Positions 1 to 18,900 of a stretch of DNA of 64,000 nucleotides are shown here, piece by piece. A program made the translations under genes and the position numbers. The notes beneath the pieces are model-generated. The model did not search any database and was not told the origin of the DNA. It was given only the letters and a program-made list of their open reading frames with translations. Every line of letters starts with the position of its first letter. Within the stretch, counting starts at the first letter, position 1. Source of the DNA: Raillietiella orientalis (taxonomy: Eukaryota). The stretch covers positions 124,001-188,000 of the forward strand of contig JAYWIR010000048.1 of NCBI GenBank assembly GCA_036172245.1, written 5' to 3'.

Positions 1-1478
1 TTTTGAATTGCTTTTCTCTTTAGACTTCGAGGTTTCTTTACAGATGTGAATCTGGAAGTTCAAATTTCTTGTGTTTTCCTTCAGCTATTGAAAGACAGTT
101 TAAGTGTCTTGCAGCATTGTTAGGTTTCTGGTTTTTGATTTCATAGTTTAGAAGAGTGCATTCATGTCCATGATTGCTTTCTGTGTTACTTATTAGTATT
201 TGTTATCACAAAAATGCAGGATTTTGAAAATTTTCTTAGATGATTTATCTATAATAGAGAAACCAAACAATAAATTTTTGTTTTTTTTTTTCCATTTGCT
301 TTGTTGATTTTTTTCAGTTTTCAGTCTGTCGTGTCCTGACTTTATATTTCTGCTTTAGTGAATTTCGATAAAGTTGGTTTGAAAATTTAATCTTTCTGAA
401 TTAATAGTACTGATGTGTAATAACTTCCAAAGTGCCATTCACATGATACATTTGATTGTAAACTCTCTTGTTAGTATTCTTGTTTGTTATGCTCTCAAAA
501 AATGTATCTTTCAAAAGTTTATCATTTAAATATAAGTTTTGACATTAAAATAGTAAAGAAGTTCTGATATAAAAATAATGTAAGAATAAAAGGGAAATAC
601 CATTTTCATCTTAATTATTCTTAAGACAGGAATTCTGTAAATTGAGGATACATGAAGTTATCTGTGTTACTGGTGATGTTAATTTGATTTTATTTGCAAA
701 TTTACTTCAATAGTGTTTAATTTCATAATGTGGATATCCATCTTTTTAATATTGTTTGCAAATGCTGTTCTTTGTTCTGTTCCATATGTACTTACGTGCA
801 GCTTTAAATGATAAGCAGTTCTTTTATGAATTATTCAGCAGAACTAGTCCCAGCTACTGTTTTTTATTATTTGGTGCATGTGATTTGGAAAACGGGTATC
901 TGAAACTTAATGACTTTCATTTATATCCTGTAATCCTATATAACTTCATTTGTATCATGCATGGATGTGTCTGGTTGCAATATTAGATTTAAATATTCTG
1001 TTGGCGTGCAGGCTAATGGTTACTTTCATTTGGTTTTTTAGTATTATCACTTCAGAAGTCTCTATGAAGTTAAATAAAACAGGATGGGGAAATTCAAAAC
1101 ATAATAACTGATGTTTGGGTATGGTATGCTTAGGGTGAATACATCATAATAATGGTATTACACAAAAATCAACAACTCAAACACTAATTCGTGTAAAGTG
1201 TATGCTTAAGTAACAACTGAAGACAACAGAACAAATTGATCCATAGATTTTCAGTTCCCTAATTTTCAGTTATTTTTGTATACTTGGAAGATGCTTGTTT
1301 GAGTTAGTTTTGGATGCTTATAATACACCACCATTCTGTAATTTTCAGTTTTTAGATTTCGAATGTAGTTTATAATTAATATTGAAGCTATAATTTTTGA
1401 TTCAGAGGGAGTATGATCTAGGTATTACATTATTACACTTCTTACTAGCCCTCATGCATTCATATACAATTATTTCAG

Positions 1479-8507
<7,029 letters not shown>

Positions 8508-10267
8508 GTTTTATTTTTTGGTTTTCCTCACGTTGTTCTCCGTTCATGGCAACAGTAAGTAATTCAATGTTATGAAAGCTCCTTTTTATGATAGGCAAAT
8601 GCCTACATTGAATAGGAGCGCTTCCAGGATGTGCTTCATTCACAAACCCATCCGTATTTTGTAACAAACTTTTTAAAAAAAATAAAATAAAAGAAGTCAC
8701 GCATTCTTTGGTTTCGTATTCATATTCATACCGCCTCACTCAGTGACGCCTCCGTGGGCGTTCCTCCCATAAGCTGCAAGCTGTCGGTGCCTGATGGAAC
8801 GAGGGCGTGGGGTGGAAAAATGATGTACGAGGAAGAAAGCCTTGGCGATTAACTGGGTTTGAAGAAAATCTGTTTTGAAGCTGCGGCAAAAAAACACTCG
8901 TAACACGGAAGAGGTATTCTTCCTTAGTATGAATTCACGAGCAATGAGAATTCCGAAGCATAGAATGCATTTTCCGCTATGCTAATGCGAGACGACGCTG
9001 CCTGGCTTTTTCCTTCGGTTGCTGGTGCTGGTGCGGCGCTGAACCAAACAAATTCCATACCCTTCGTAAACTCACTTATTTATAATTCCGATGAGAGAAT
9101 GTGAATATCCCGATAAAAGACTGTTCTGATGATTTGGAAACTTCCATGGTGGTGCGGCGGATAATGGAATATCCGTGTGTGACTCGTAATGATTGATTTT
9201 CCGTGTGACTGGTGGATTTTACTGGAATTCGGATGGCCGTAAGTACATCAGCGCCGTTCAGCTTGCATCAGATGTATGCAACACCTCAGCAAGAGCTGAA
9301 GTCTTAGTGTGCGATGCGTCTGCATTCATCCAATTCAGTACACGTTTGTGTTTTCATCGTTTCACGAAATGAACGACGCCCATCTTTGTTGGATTCGAAC
9401 AGTTTTGAGTGAGTGCTTCTTCCATCCCCGCCTCCGCGAGGACTTCATTTTTTGTTTCAAAGATTTCAGTCCTCAAGTGCGATGGCCTTATAGCTTTTCC
9501 GCTTTATTTATTTTCATGTTTTTTTTTTTTTAAATTGCCAATTTAGCTTTCCACGTAGAGTCTTTCACTGCTAGTCAGTTGCTGTGTTTGCATCACATTT
9601 GTTAATCTATCGATGATTCTTCGCGAAGAATTTTCCGTTGGCCTGTTTGAACAACGGAAAATGTGTCATAGCTTCCCAACTCTTAAGTTGTGTTGAAGCC
9701 TTGGTGAACACCAAGTTTGCAGAGAGAAGTTACGACTCTTAGCAAAGTATTGCCCTAAATTGACCTCATGGTGAGCGCTTCCGACACAGGTCACACGTGG
9801 ATACAACCGCCCTTTTTCTGCATCCTCAGTCGTTTTTGCCCGTTTCCCTGCCGAAGTTCCCATCTTCCAGAAAGCGAAACTCCCAGTCAAGTCACTGCAT
9901 TCCTTTGTGCCTGATAGGATTGAAGCTTTCGTTTATGACGAATCACCGCCTTTACATTTCTATTTCCATCAAGTAAAAGAGCCATAACCTTCTGCATCCC
10001 ACTATCCCATTCATTCATTCTATTCCCATTCATTGATCAAAAACAAGACGCAGGTACGGGAACAGCTAGTTTCTGTCCTGCTATTGGAAAAATGATGCGC
10101 AGGGTATAAATGATGCCTTCATCCCATACGGTGCTTAGACTAAATTAGAACTTTAATGAGCTAAAGCATTCAGCGTAAAAACTTTGATATTTGGTCACTC
10201 AAGCTCATATATTTCTCAATTCCATCCTTCCGGCTTTCTGTTTTTTCGGGTTTTCTTTTTTCTTTTT

Positions 10268-12514
10268 GGTTCTCCGCGTATTCAAGAACCGTTCGCCTAA
10301 TGGCTCACGAAACTTTCACCCTGCCACGCCACTTGGGGGTGCATGTTAACTCCCAAGTTTTGAGGTACTCCGGGAGGGGCCATCCTATGAATCCAGGAGG
10401 GACGGAGGAGGGAGTCCGTTCCTCTTACGCTTGGCAGGGGAGCCCCGAAGGGAATCCTCGCCCTGGTTGTCTCCGAAGGGAACCTATTATTCTCTTCGGG
10501 GGGTCGCTGGGTGGGGGCCACTCCCCATTTCTTGTCCGAAGGGAACCCTGACAGGATCCGCTCCCTACTTGCTCCTCTGAAGAGAACGCCGAAGGGACGC
10601 TTCTCAGTTTCTCTGAAGGGTCCGCTCCCGGAAGGGAGCAGCGCGCTTCTGACACTGGAGAGGCAACTCCCAAGGGGGTATCAACCAACTCCATGGTACT
10701 CGATGGAAGGTCCCCCTGAGGAAGGGACAGCTCCATTTTCACTACCAGAGGGGAACCCCGAAGGCAACCGACCCTTTGATTCCTGGAAGGATCTCGGAGA
10801 GTCAACTTTTAATCCCGGCCAGTCAAACGAGGGCACCTGGCTTTCTCCAGTGCCTCACCCGAATAAGTCAACCAGCGTCGTCTTGCAGGGGGGACTCAAA
10901 ACCCACGACGCACCCATTTCTCGGCATCGATCCTTTACGGGTATTCGAGCCCGCAACGCTTGGTGCCATGCTAGGAGACGGTAACAGCACGGCCTCCAGC
11001 CAGCCCGGGTTACAGTCCAGCGAGTTGGACCTTCTCTTCAAAAGAAATTGGTCCTTGGTCGTGAACTCGAGGATCAGACACCTTATGTAGCTGCCTAAGC
11101 GTTTCCTCGAACGCGGTGAACGAGCATCTGTACAGTGGAGTAAGCAAAGGGAGTGCTTTGCCTCGATGAACCTGAATGACGAGACCGACACTCTGCGTCG
11201 GCAGCTGCTTCCGGCTGCTGACCCCGAAGGGTGATTCGATCTCACCCTTCCCCAAGGAAGTCCCCCGATTGGTAGTCAGAAAGCGCATGATGGAACTACA
11301 CACGGAGGACCTTGGCAGGATCATGCCCCCAGAAAACCAGGGCTAGGTTTCCCGACCCAACAGGGATCTGCGCAGCCTTTCAATTATCAGAAAGAATACC
11401 TCCTCATGCAAGACAGCGATGCGGACCTTCGAGGAGGGCCAGCCTATTCTCATCGTCTATTATCAGTCTCACTACCCTCTCTATTACACATAATAATAAC
11501 ATAAATCTTTCGTGATTACTTGATGTCCTCCCTCTACAATCATCCGCCTCCGAGTCATTATTATTCTCAATATATGCACTCTGTAACCCCCACCCACCAA
11601 TGTGACCATGCCTAAATATAACACTACATAAACCACCACGTCTACCAATATACAGCAACCTCCCTTACTAGCCCCAGCCTCAATGAACATGATTTTAAAC
11701 ATGAAATCATAACCAACCTCCCAAGTCTACCAAATCCCATTCTTATACCACTTCTCAAGTACAATTATTGTTTCCTCATTCATTTGTATATTAACCCCCT
11801 ATGAAAGAATAAACCAGACGATACATAACCATAAGGATCTCGCTTTCGGCCACCATGCTATGCCGCCTTCCTAAACCTTCTGCCCATCAAAAGTGGGTCT
11901 TGGAGGGCTTCGGAAAAACAATCCTACTGACCCTGCCAGCAGCGAGACCAGATGCTGTCTCACATATTCAACCACTGCATCAGGTACTCTCGTCTGTATG
12001 CTCAGCGGCATGTCAGTATCATCGAGCGAATGAAAAAGACAACAGAGACCAAGGGGACGCTCGCCTCTGAAAACCAGTCCGCCTCGGTACTAGGCCTAGT
12101 CGGACGACGGGGTCTCGGTCTCCGAAGAACAAAATCCTCAGCACCGACATCAGCTCCACATGCGAGAACAATCCAGCATCTGCCGTGCAAGTAACAAAAG
12201 CGAAGAAGACAAGTACAAGGAGCTATCTGCTTTCCCACCATCGACAGCAAGCACAATGCCGTTCGGGTCTTCACCGTTGGCTGGCTGGGTTCCGTGTTTT
12301 CCAGGAATCAGGAACCTATCAGAGAACTGGTACTCTCGAAGTCTTGCGCCGAGAGTTGCATAAGCACATGGTTTCTACGATCATCCAGCACTCTAGGGAC
12401 ATATACGGGACACCTTATTCGATTCATTTCCCGAGAGGACAGTATGATTCCACTCCTGAGCTACAGTACCAATACAACGGCGACGAGGAGGAGTACGTCA
12501 TGATAGTCGTATAA
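10268..12514 (+). mobile_element. Dispersed GC-rich repeat, copy 1: putative LTR (~10268-10960), PBS-like TGGTGCC (10961) and a disrupted ORF; right boundary uncertain
   Basis: Collinear similarity to the reverse complement of 33125-34265 (CCACGCCAC, GGTACxCCGGGAGGGG, GGAGTCCGxTCCTCTxACGC, GATTCCTGGAAGGA, CAACCAGCGTCxTCTTG, CACGACGCA, TGGTGCCAxGC). Repeated CCGAAGGG. The repeat itself is clear; the LTR interpretation is inference. Confidence 0.65.
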
Positions 12515-14535
12515 AAGCCAACCATTACTCCCAGATCAAAACTCACAGTTTTCCAGGTCGAAAGGAATCTTTCCGACCTCTCAAATCCTTTGAATAGCTC
12601 TACTCTCATTCGTGCCACTTGCCCTCCTGAAGCGAATAAAACCAAATGGCTCACATCAATTGTATTGAAATCAAAAAAAATATTCATTACGTGTTTATGA
12701 TTCGGAATTCTTATGAAAATAAGAAAAGCTTGTGACTATTATAAAATGAGGAAAACAATCACACATTTGGCAAAATACTAAACATTCTGATTCCAAGGAA
12801 CTGTAAATATGCCCCTGAAATTGAGTATTGAGGGTGATGTATTTTATTACGGGCAAAGGACAGGAAAAGTAAAAACCAAATTTATAGTAGTAAAATTGTT
12901 TTTGGTTTCTGCAGATTCCAAGAAGAATCTCTGAGTTTAAGACAAAAATAGTGCAAAAGAATACTAGCTGAAAAATTTTCAAAAATAAAAGAATGTTTAC
13001 ATGCATTGCTTTCATGAAATGAGGGTTATTGCATATATCACAAAACACTCGAGAGTAAAGCGTGATGAAACATTGGATTCATTTATACTCTTAATCAAAA
13101 TATCCCATCGCCAAACAATGTTCAGTAAACACTCTGGATGAAAGCTGCAATTTTTCAAAGAGAAGCACAATTACTTGTACATATTTTTGCATCAATATTG
13201 CAACGAAGTCCCATAATTTTTTTTAACTCTTCTAAAAAGGATTTCTCTGTGTAAAGTGAGTTTTTACCCATGGAATATTCGGTAATGCTACTTAAACTAC
13301 GATCTGAAAACAGTACGAGAGATACGAACAGAAAGGAAATTTCTTTCATACAGTGAAGGTGAGTTTTCCACTCCTTGCATCGAAAGTTGAAACTTTTTCA
13401 AAGCATATACAAAGGTTGTACGCCATTAATGTTGAGACAAAGGTCCGTGAACTAGAAAAAGCCAGATGGATGGCCACTTGGAGATGGAAAATTGTGTTTG
13501 CAAAGATTAAGCAAGAAGTCTTTCACTTAGTGAAACTTTTTCTGAACCAGAGTCATTCGGTATGCTGAAGTGAAATCGAAGTTGATCGCAAAATTTTCCA
13601 GAGGTTTGTTTCGGTTGACGTGATGAAAGGAAAGGTCTTCCAAACCAATAACCGAACCTCATGCAAGAGAATGAAATGGTATACCAAGGAAAGGTGAACC
13701 GATTGATGAATCTGAAATAATCTTCCCTGAAGATTTTGTCAGTAATCGCCGTAGAGGCGAAATTCCGAGTATTTCATTAAGGAAGTTTCGGTTTTCTAGC
13801 AGTTCGCTTAATGACTATGACGCTGGAATGTCGAGAAGGAAAATTTTTCTTCACCTAGCAATCACATTGCATGATTAGAAATACGAAGTTATTAAATAAG
13901 ATCCTTAATTTCTGTCCTTTTTAAAAAGACATAATTGTTTTGAAATTTTTCAGTTATAATCATAAACTCAGTATTTGGTTATTTTCGGTGTCTAATGACT
14001 TTTTCGTGTTTTATAAAGTGTGTTGTTTTCTTGAATGGATTTTTAGGAACAAAGTGCTAATCATATAATTTCGAAGTTGACGTATTCATCCTTGATGTGC
14101 ATACTCATAATTCAGAGCTGCGATTGGGACCCATGTCGGTCTCCCACTCCTGCATGCCAGTGATTTGAAGCATGAATTGTATTGATCGGTATGAGGTAAT
14201 TCAGTTCAGATTATCCAGTTTTCCTTAGGAATTTTTTGTTTTCACACCAATTCTAGTAACTACTTTAGGTGTACGTTACCGAAATTCCTTTTTCTTTTTT
14301 CCGTCTATTATTTAATATATCGCAATTTCAGGAGACAAGCACTGTATTTGTGTCGGAAATTGTTATAGTGTTCCCAAATTGTCATATGTTAAGTTATTTA
14401 CTAATTAAGCATACAAAATACGTAGGGAAAATGAACTCCTTTAAAATGAATTTATGTGTTTGTTGGTTTTTTTTGAGTTTAAATGAGAGGCGTTTTCTAT
14501 ACATGTATATTTTCTTTTCAGGTTTAGTGAAAGTA

Positions 14536-15304
14536 ATGGCTCAATCATGCAATAGCAGAGATACTGACAAAGATATTGAGTTACCTGAACATAGTCCTTT
14601 TACGAAATGGGAACCTGTCGAGAAATTTCTCACCAGCCTAATAGATATGGGAATAAGCAAGGAAACAGCAATCCAAGTAACATAAGATCTGGTTAAGATT
14701 TCATAAATTTACAATTTAAAGGCTCTCTGTGCAACTGGTAATCAGTCAGTGGATTCTGCACTCTCTTGGCTATTCGATGATTCCTGCAAAAATGATGACT
14801 TCCAAGAAAATTCTTTAAGTTTCCTGGCCCTTGGTGAAATGCACTGCTGTAAAATGGTTTTTGTTATAAATATGGAATTGCAGATGGGTGTGGGGAAGAT
14901 TGCAGCTCAGGTTTGCAGCTGTTATTATGCTTATGTTCATTGTAAGGAACTATTTTTGTTGCTGAATTAGGTTGCTCATGCTGCTGTGGGTCTTTATAAA
15001 CAACTACAAAGTAACCCAGATTTGAAAGGAATGCTGAAATATTGGGAGTTTGAAGGGTAAATTTTATTGTTTTTGTAGGATTGTGTTGTCTTAATTACCT
15101 AGAGAGAAAAAAATCACTCTAAGAGGAGATTCATTTGAGCATTTGTTGAAGCTGAAGAAGATGGCCAAAGATATGCACTTTCCTACATTTCTTGTTCATG
15201 ATGCTGGGCGTACACAAGTGCCTGCAGGTTCTATTACTGTCTTGTCAATTTTTGGTGTTGTTGATAAATTGGATAAGATAACTGGGAATTTGAAACTACT
15301 CTAG
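14536..15304 (+). CDS. PTH2: Peptidyl-tRNA hydrolase 2 family protein with N-terminal UBA-like domain; exons 14536-14676, 14722-14910, 14971-15056, 15103-15304
   Basis: UBA-like LIDMGISKETAIQALCATGNQSVDSALSWLF. PTH2 motifs [75 protein letters not shown] at 15349. Confidence 0.93.
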
Positions 15305-15950
15305 TACTTTTTTAAGGAACTATAATTCAAAATTATATTATACTTACAAATAAACCAGACATTTCGCAGTCATAACATGCACTTTTAGGATGCTTCATTT
15401 ACGAAATGAATTTTGTTGTCTTTTGATATGTGATAAAAACATGTGCACAATAAAAACCTCTCAATATACTGACAAATTTAGTTTTAGAAAACGTTTGCAA
15501 GAAATCTTCTTTGCTAGTATTTGTAAGATCTTCATGATGAATCAGAATCCAAACTCTACTTTGGCTTGTTTCTATTCTTTTAACATAATTTTTCCCTGGT
15601 AATGATTTGAAAAGATTAAAACAGTCATGAATAGTGGTAAGAATGAAAACAAGTGAATTTGTTCATTTAAGATTTATTAATAAAATCAAATTGTCTTTTA
15701 TAATATTACATGTATCAAGGATTGAGCAATAAAGAAATATAAATACTTCAGACATTCAAATTTGGACCTATGCTTGCCTTTGTCTGATCCAATGTACTAT
15801 TGCTATAATTACTTAACTGTCGTATGAATTACTAAGAAATGGTAAATAATCTCTAATCTTTATGAAGCACAGAAATTCTCTATGATGGAAGGATTACAAT
15901 AAGACCACTTGTGTATGACAAATTCTTCCCATGATAAGTCAATAAATGGG

Positions 15951-18900
15951 TTATTCAATGATTGCATCTGATGATCCTTCCTTCAACCTTGATCTGGCAA
16001 AGTCCTCAAAGATTATGTCATCATTCGAATCTCTGAAAACATTGGCTAAACACAGCATATTGTGGAGTGGGAAACTCACGCATCTAATTCTATTAAATTA
16101 GTATCTGTTGGTACACCAGAATCAGTAGCTTCTTTACTTTCAAAAACTTCATGTGAAAAAAGATCAGAATTAGCTGGTTTAGGATGCATTAACATAAAAG
16201 GCAATTCAGCAACTAAGTCTCTGTACGATCTTAATAACTGTGATGATCTGCAATTCTATGAATATTTACCCTCCTAAAGCACCCATGCACAACTTCACTT
16301 TAACTTTGTATTGCACGTTAATAGCCATGTGTTCCTTACGAATTGGATCCGTAATTCTGTAATGACAAAACCAGTGAACTGTTAATCTGCTAAAATCTTA
16401 CAATGAACTAGAAGCTAAATTTGTATCCTCATGTTTTAATTGCCCATCCAGTGCTAAACCCCACTTATCTTTATTAAGGGCTAACAAAGGTGTGAGAACG
16501 TAAATTTTGGACAGTGTGAACCCAGGCTGCACAGGGAAACCATCTCTAAAATAAAGGTGAATGTGTCAGATTTAAGAGTACACAAATGTACAAGTACTTG
16601 CACAGATCAACAGTAAGAGTTTTACTAAATTGGCAATTCTTACTCGCTTTCTATTTCAGCAACTTTGCATTTATACTGGGAACAAGAGAACAAGCAGATA
16701 TCAGCACACTGTTGAACTAAGAATGCAAACAGTAAAACTTAAGAAACGACGAATTTAGTTCCTTCTCACCAGATACTTTGATTTTCTTGACAGTGCGATT
16801 AGAATTATTGGCTATGTGCACATTTATTGCTATACTTTCCCCATGGTAGTACAGCTGGAAGTAACAATCAAAAGACCTCTCCTCATTGTTTCACTTACCG
16901 ATTTATCTAAAGACGCTTCCAAATGTAATTTACTGGGGCTCATCATGAAATCTTTACTAACTTCCACAGAAGGCTGCTCACCTATTGCGGTAGGTGGTGC
17001 ATACATTACTTTGCGAATGACCAATCTAACAGAATTCCTAAAACATTTTATTAATTTTACATTCCATTTGTCATTTCACTTGGTTATCGATCATCTGGTA
17101 CATTACAATATAAATGAGTAATGGGTTAGGAAAATATTGCAATAATTTGGATTTGCAATCATTGAATATGTTATGCAATGGATCCACATCCTTAACAGTT
17201 TTTCTTTTAGTTTGGTCGTAGCTACCTTTTATGAGGCTTGTCAGTTACAGAATCAGCTACGTAAGCTTTTAGCTCATAATCGACTCCACATGGCTTTCCA
17301 GCATCACCAGGAGCTGGCTGAAGTGTGACTGATGACGGGCAATGAGTTGGAATTTCAAAGTAAAAAGGATAAGCGCAGCTTCCCAATTTTTTAATTAGGC
17401 GATCCTGATGTTCTGTTTTGGTTATGTTTTGGAAGCTTTTTAATTAACCTGTAACTTAGTAAGAGGGCCAGTTTTGCTGTCAGTAGTTGCAGGAAAGATC
17501 TGTTGAGTTGAAAGAAATAATTCTTTACGAAATGTGAGCCCCAAAACATCGAGATCCTCACGTCCATAACGGAAGGCTGCCAAAACATGAATGAATACCT
17601 TTCTTCCTTTCAAATAATCAGCATCAATTAAAATGACTCCATCTATAATGAAACAATTTTTGTAAAAATACTTCAGAAATTGAAACTGTTTTATGTTCAA
17701 AATAAGAGTGTAGATATAGATTCAAAACACCATGAAACGTTATTCTTACTAAATAATTATCAAGGAAATGTGGCATACCAATTACGTGTGATGGAGAGAT
17801 AATACAATGTCTTAGACTGAAATGCTTTTATCAAAAAAAAAACTTTTTTTTTTTCTAAAAAAATGGACAACAGGAAGCGATCGGTCTTCAAAATAACTCG
17901 GTAGAATGAATTCGTTGTTCTTATGGACTACATCATATTTCTGAAAAGGGTTTTTATTTGTTTGAAGAAGAAAATATCTTCTTTCGGTTACAAGATTAGC
18001 ACATCTGATAATCTCATGTGTACTGAATGACTCAATGATACAAGCTTGTACCCAACTAGCTCCCAAATAGAATAGCGCCAGTTATCACCACACTTCTTTT
18101 ACAAATCCAAAAACCGGGAATTCGAGTTTCGATTTCATTTTCATTGCGTTTCAAAGATGGGAAATATCTCTGATCGTTAATTGGCTTGAATTTCTAATAC
18201 TGCGAATAACAATGTTTATCCATATTATGGATAAATCAAGTTCTTGAATATGGTCTGAAATGAATTCCAAATCACACGTACTTATTCGTTCTTTCAATTG
18301 TGAAAACAGACAAATTTTACAAATTACGATGAATTAATCCGGTAACATTTTCTCGGTGTTTGGGTATAGTTCAAAACACACAGGTGGAACTGATGCATCG
18401 TGGTGCTGGTAAATGCCTCTTGATGGGTATGGGTGGCGCTTGACTGCTTAAAGAAAAGAAACCTAAAATCTCCGAACGGTGACCACCTCTCTGCTGAGTG
18501 CATAATTGAAAAACAAAATGACGGTTCAAAGACATGGAAATACGTTTGGCCGGAAAACCAAAAAGAAAGCAGACTGAAATAAAAGGAGGGAAACTCCGGC
18601 GAAGACCAAAGAGTTACCAAAGGACAGTAGAGTTGGAACAAAGACGCATGTAGAAATGGCTTCACACCCGAAAGAATACAAACACGTACACAGTTCATCA
18701 GCTGTCTTCTGTACGCACACTCCTAAGCATGCAACTAAAGAAAGACCAAAGTCGAGCACGTGGTTACCAAACAGAAGCATTCATCTGCGAATGTGCAGGA
18801 ACACGACGGGCAGACATAAAGAGAATAAACCTCAGGATGGAAAAAAAAACCTAAGGGTGGCATCGGACATCAAAGCTTATCGTGGCACTCAATGAAAATC

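Noticed and set aside
10576..10612. Hammerhead-like CTGAAGA core in the repeat element (both copies)
   Set aside because: No GAAA after stem II and no matching cleavage helix.
11440..11835. Nuclear mitochondrial insertion suggested by strand skew
   Set aside because: Translation in the invertebrate mitochondrial code gave no recognisable mitochondrial protein; left unassigned.
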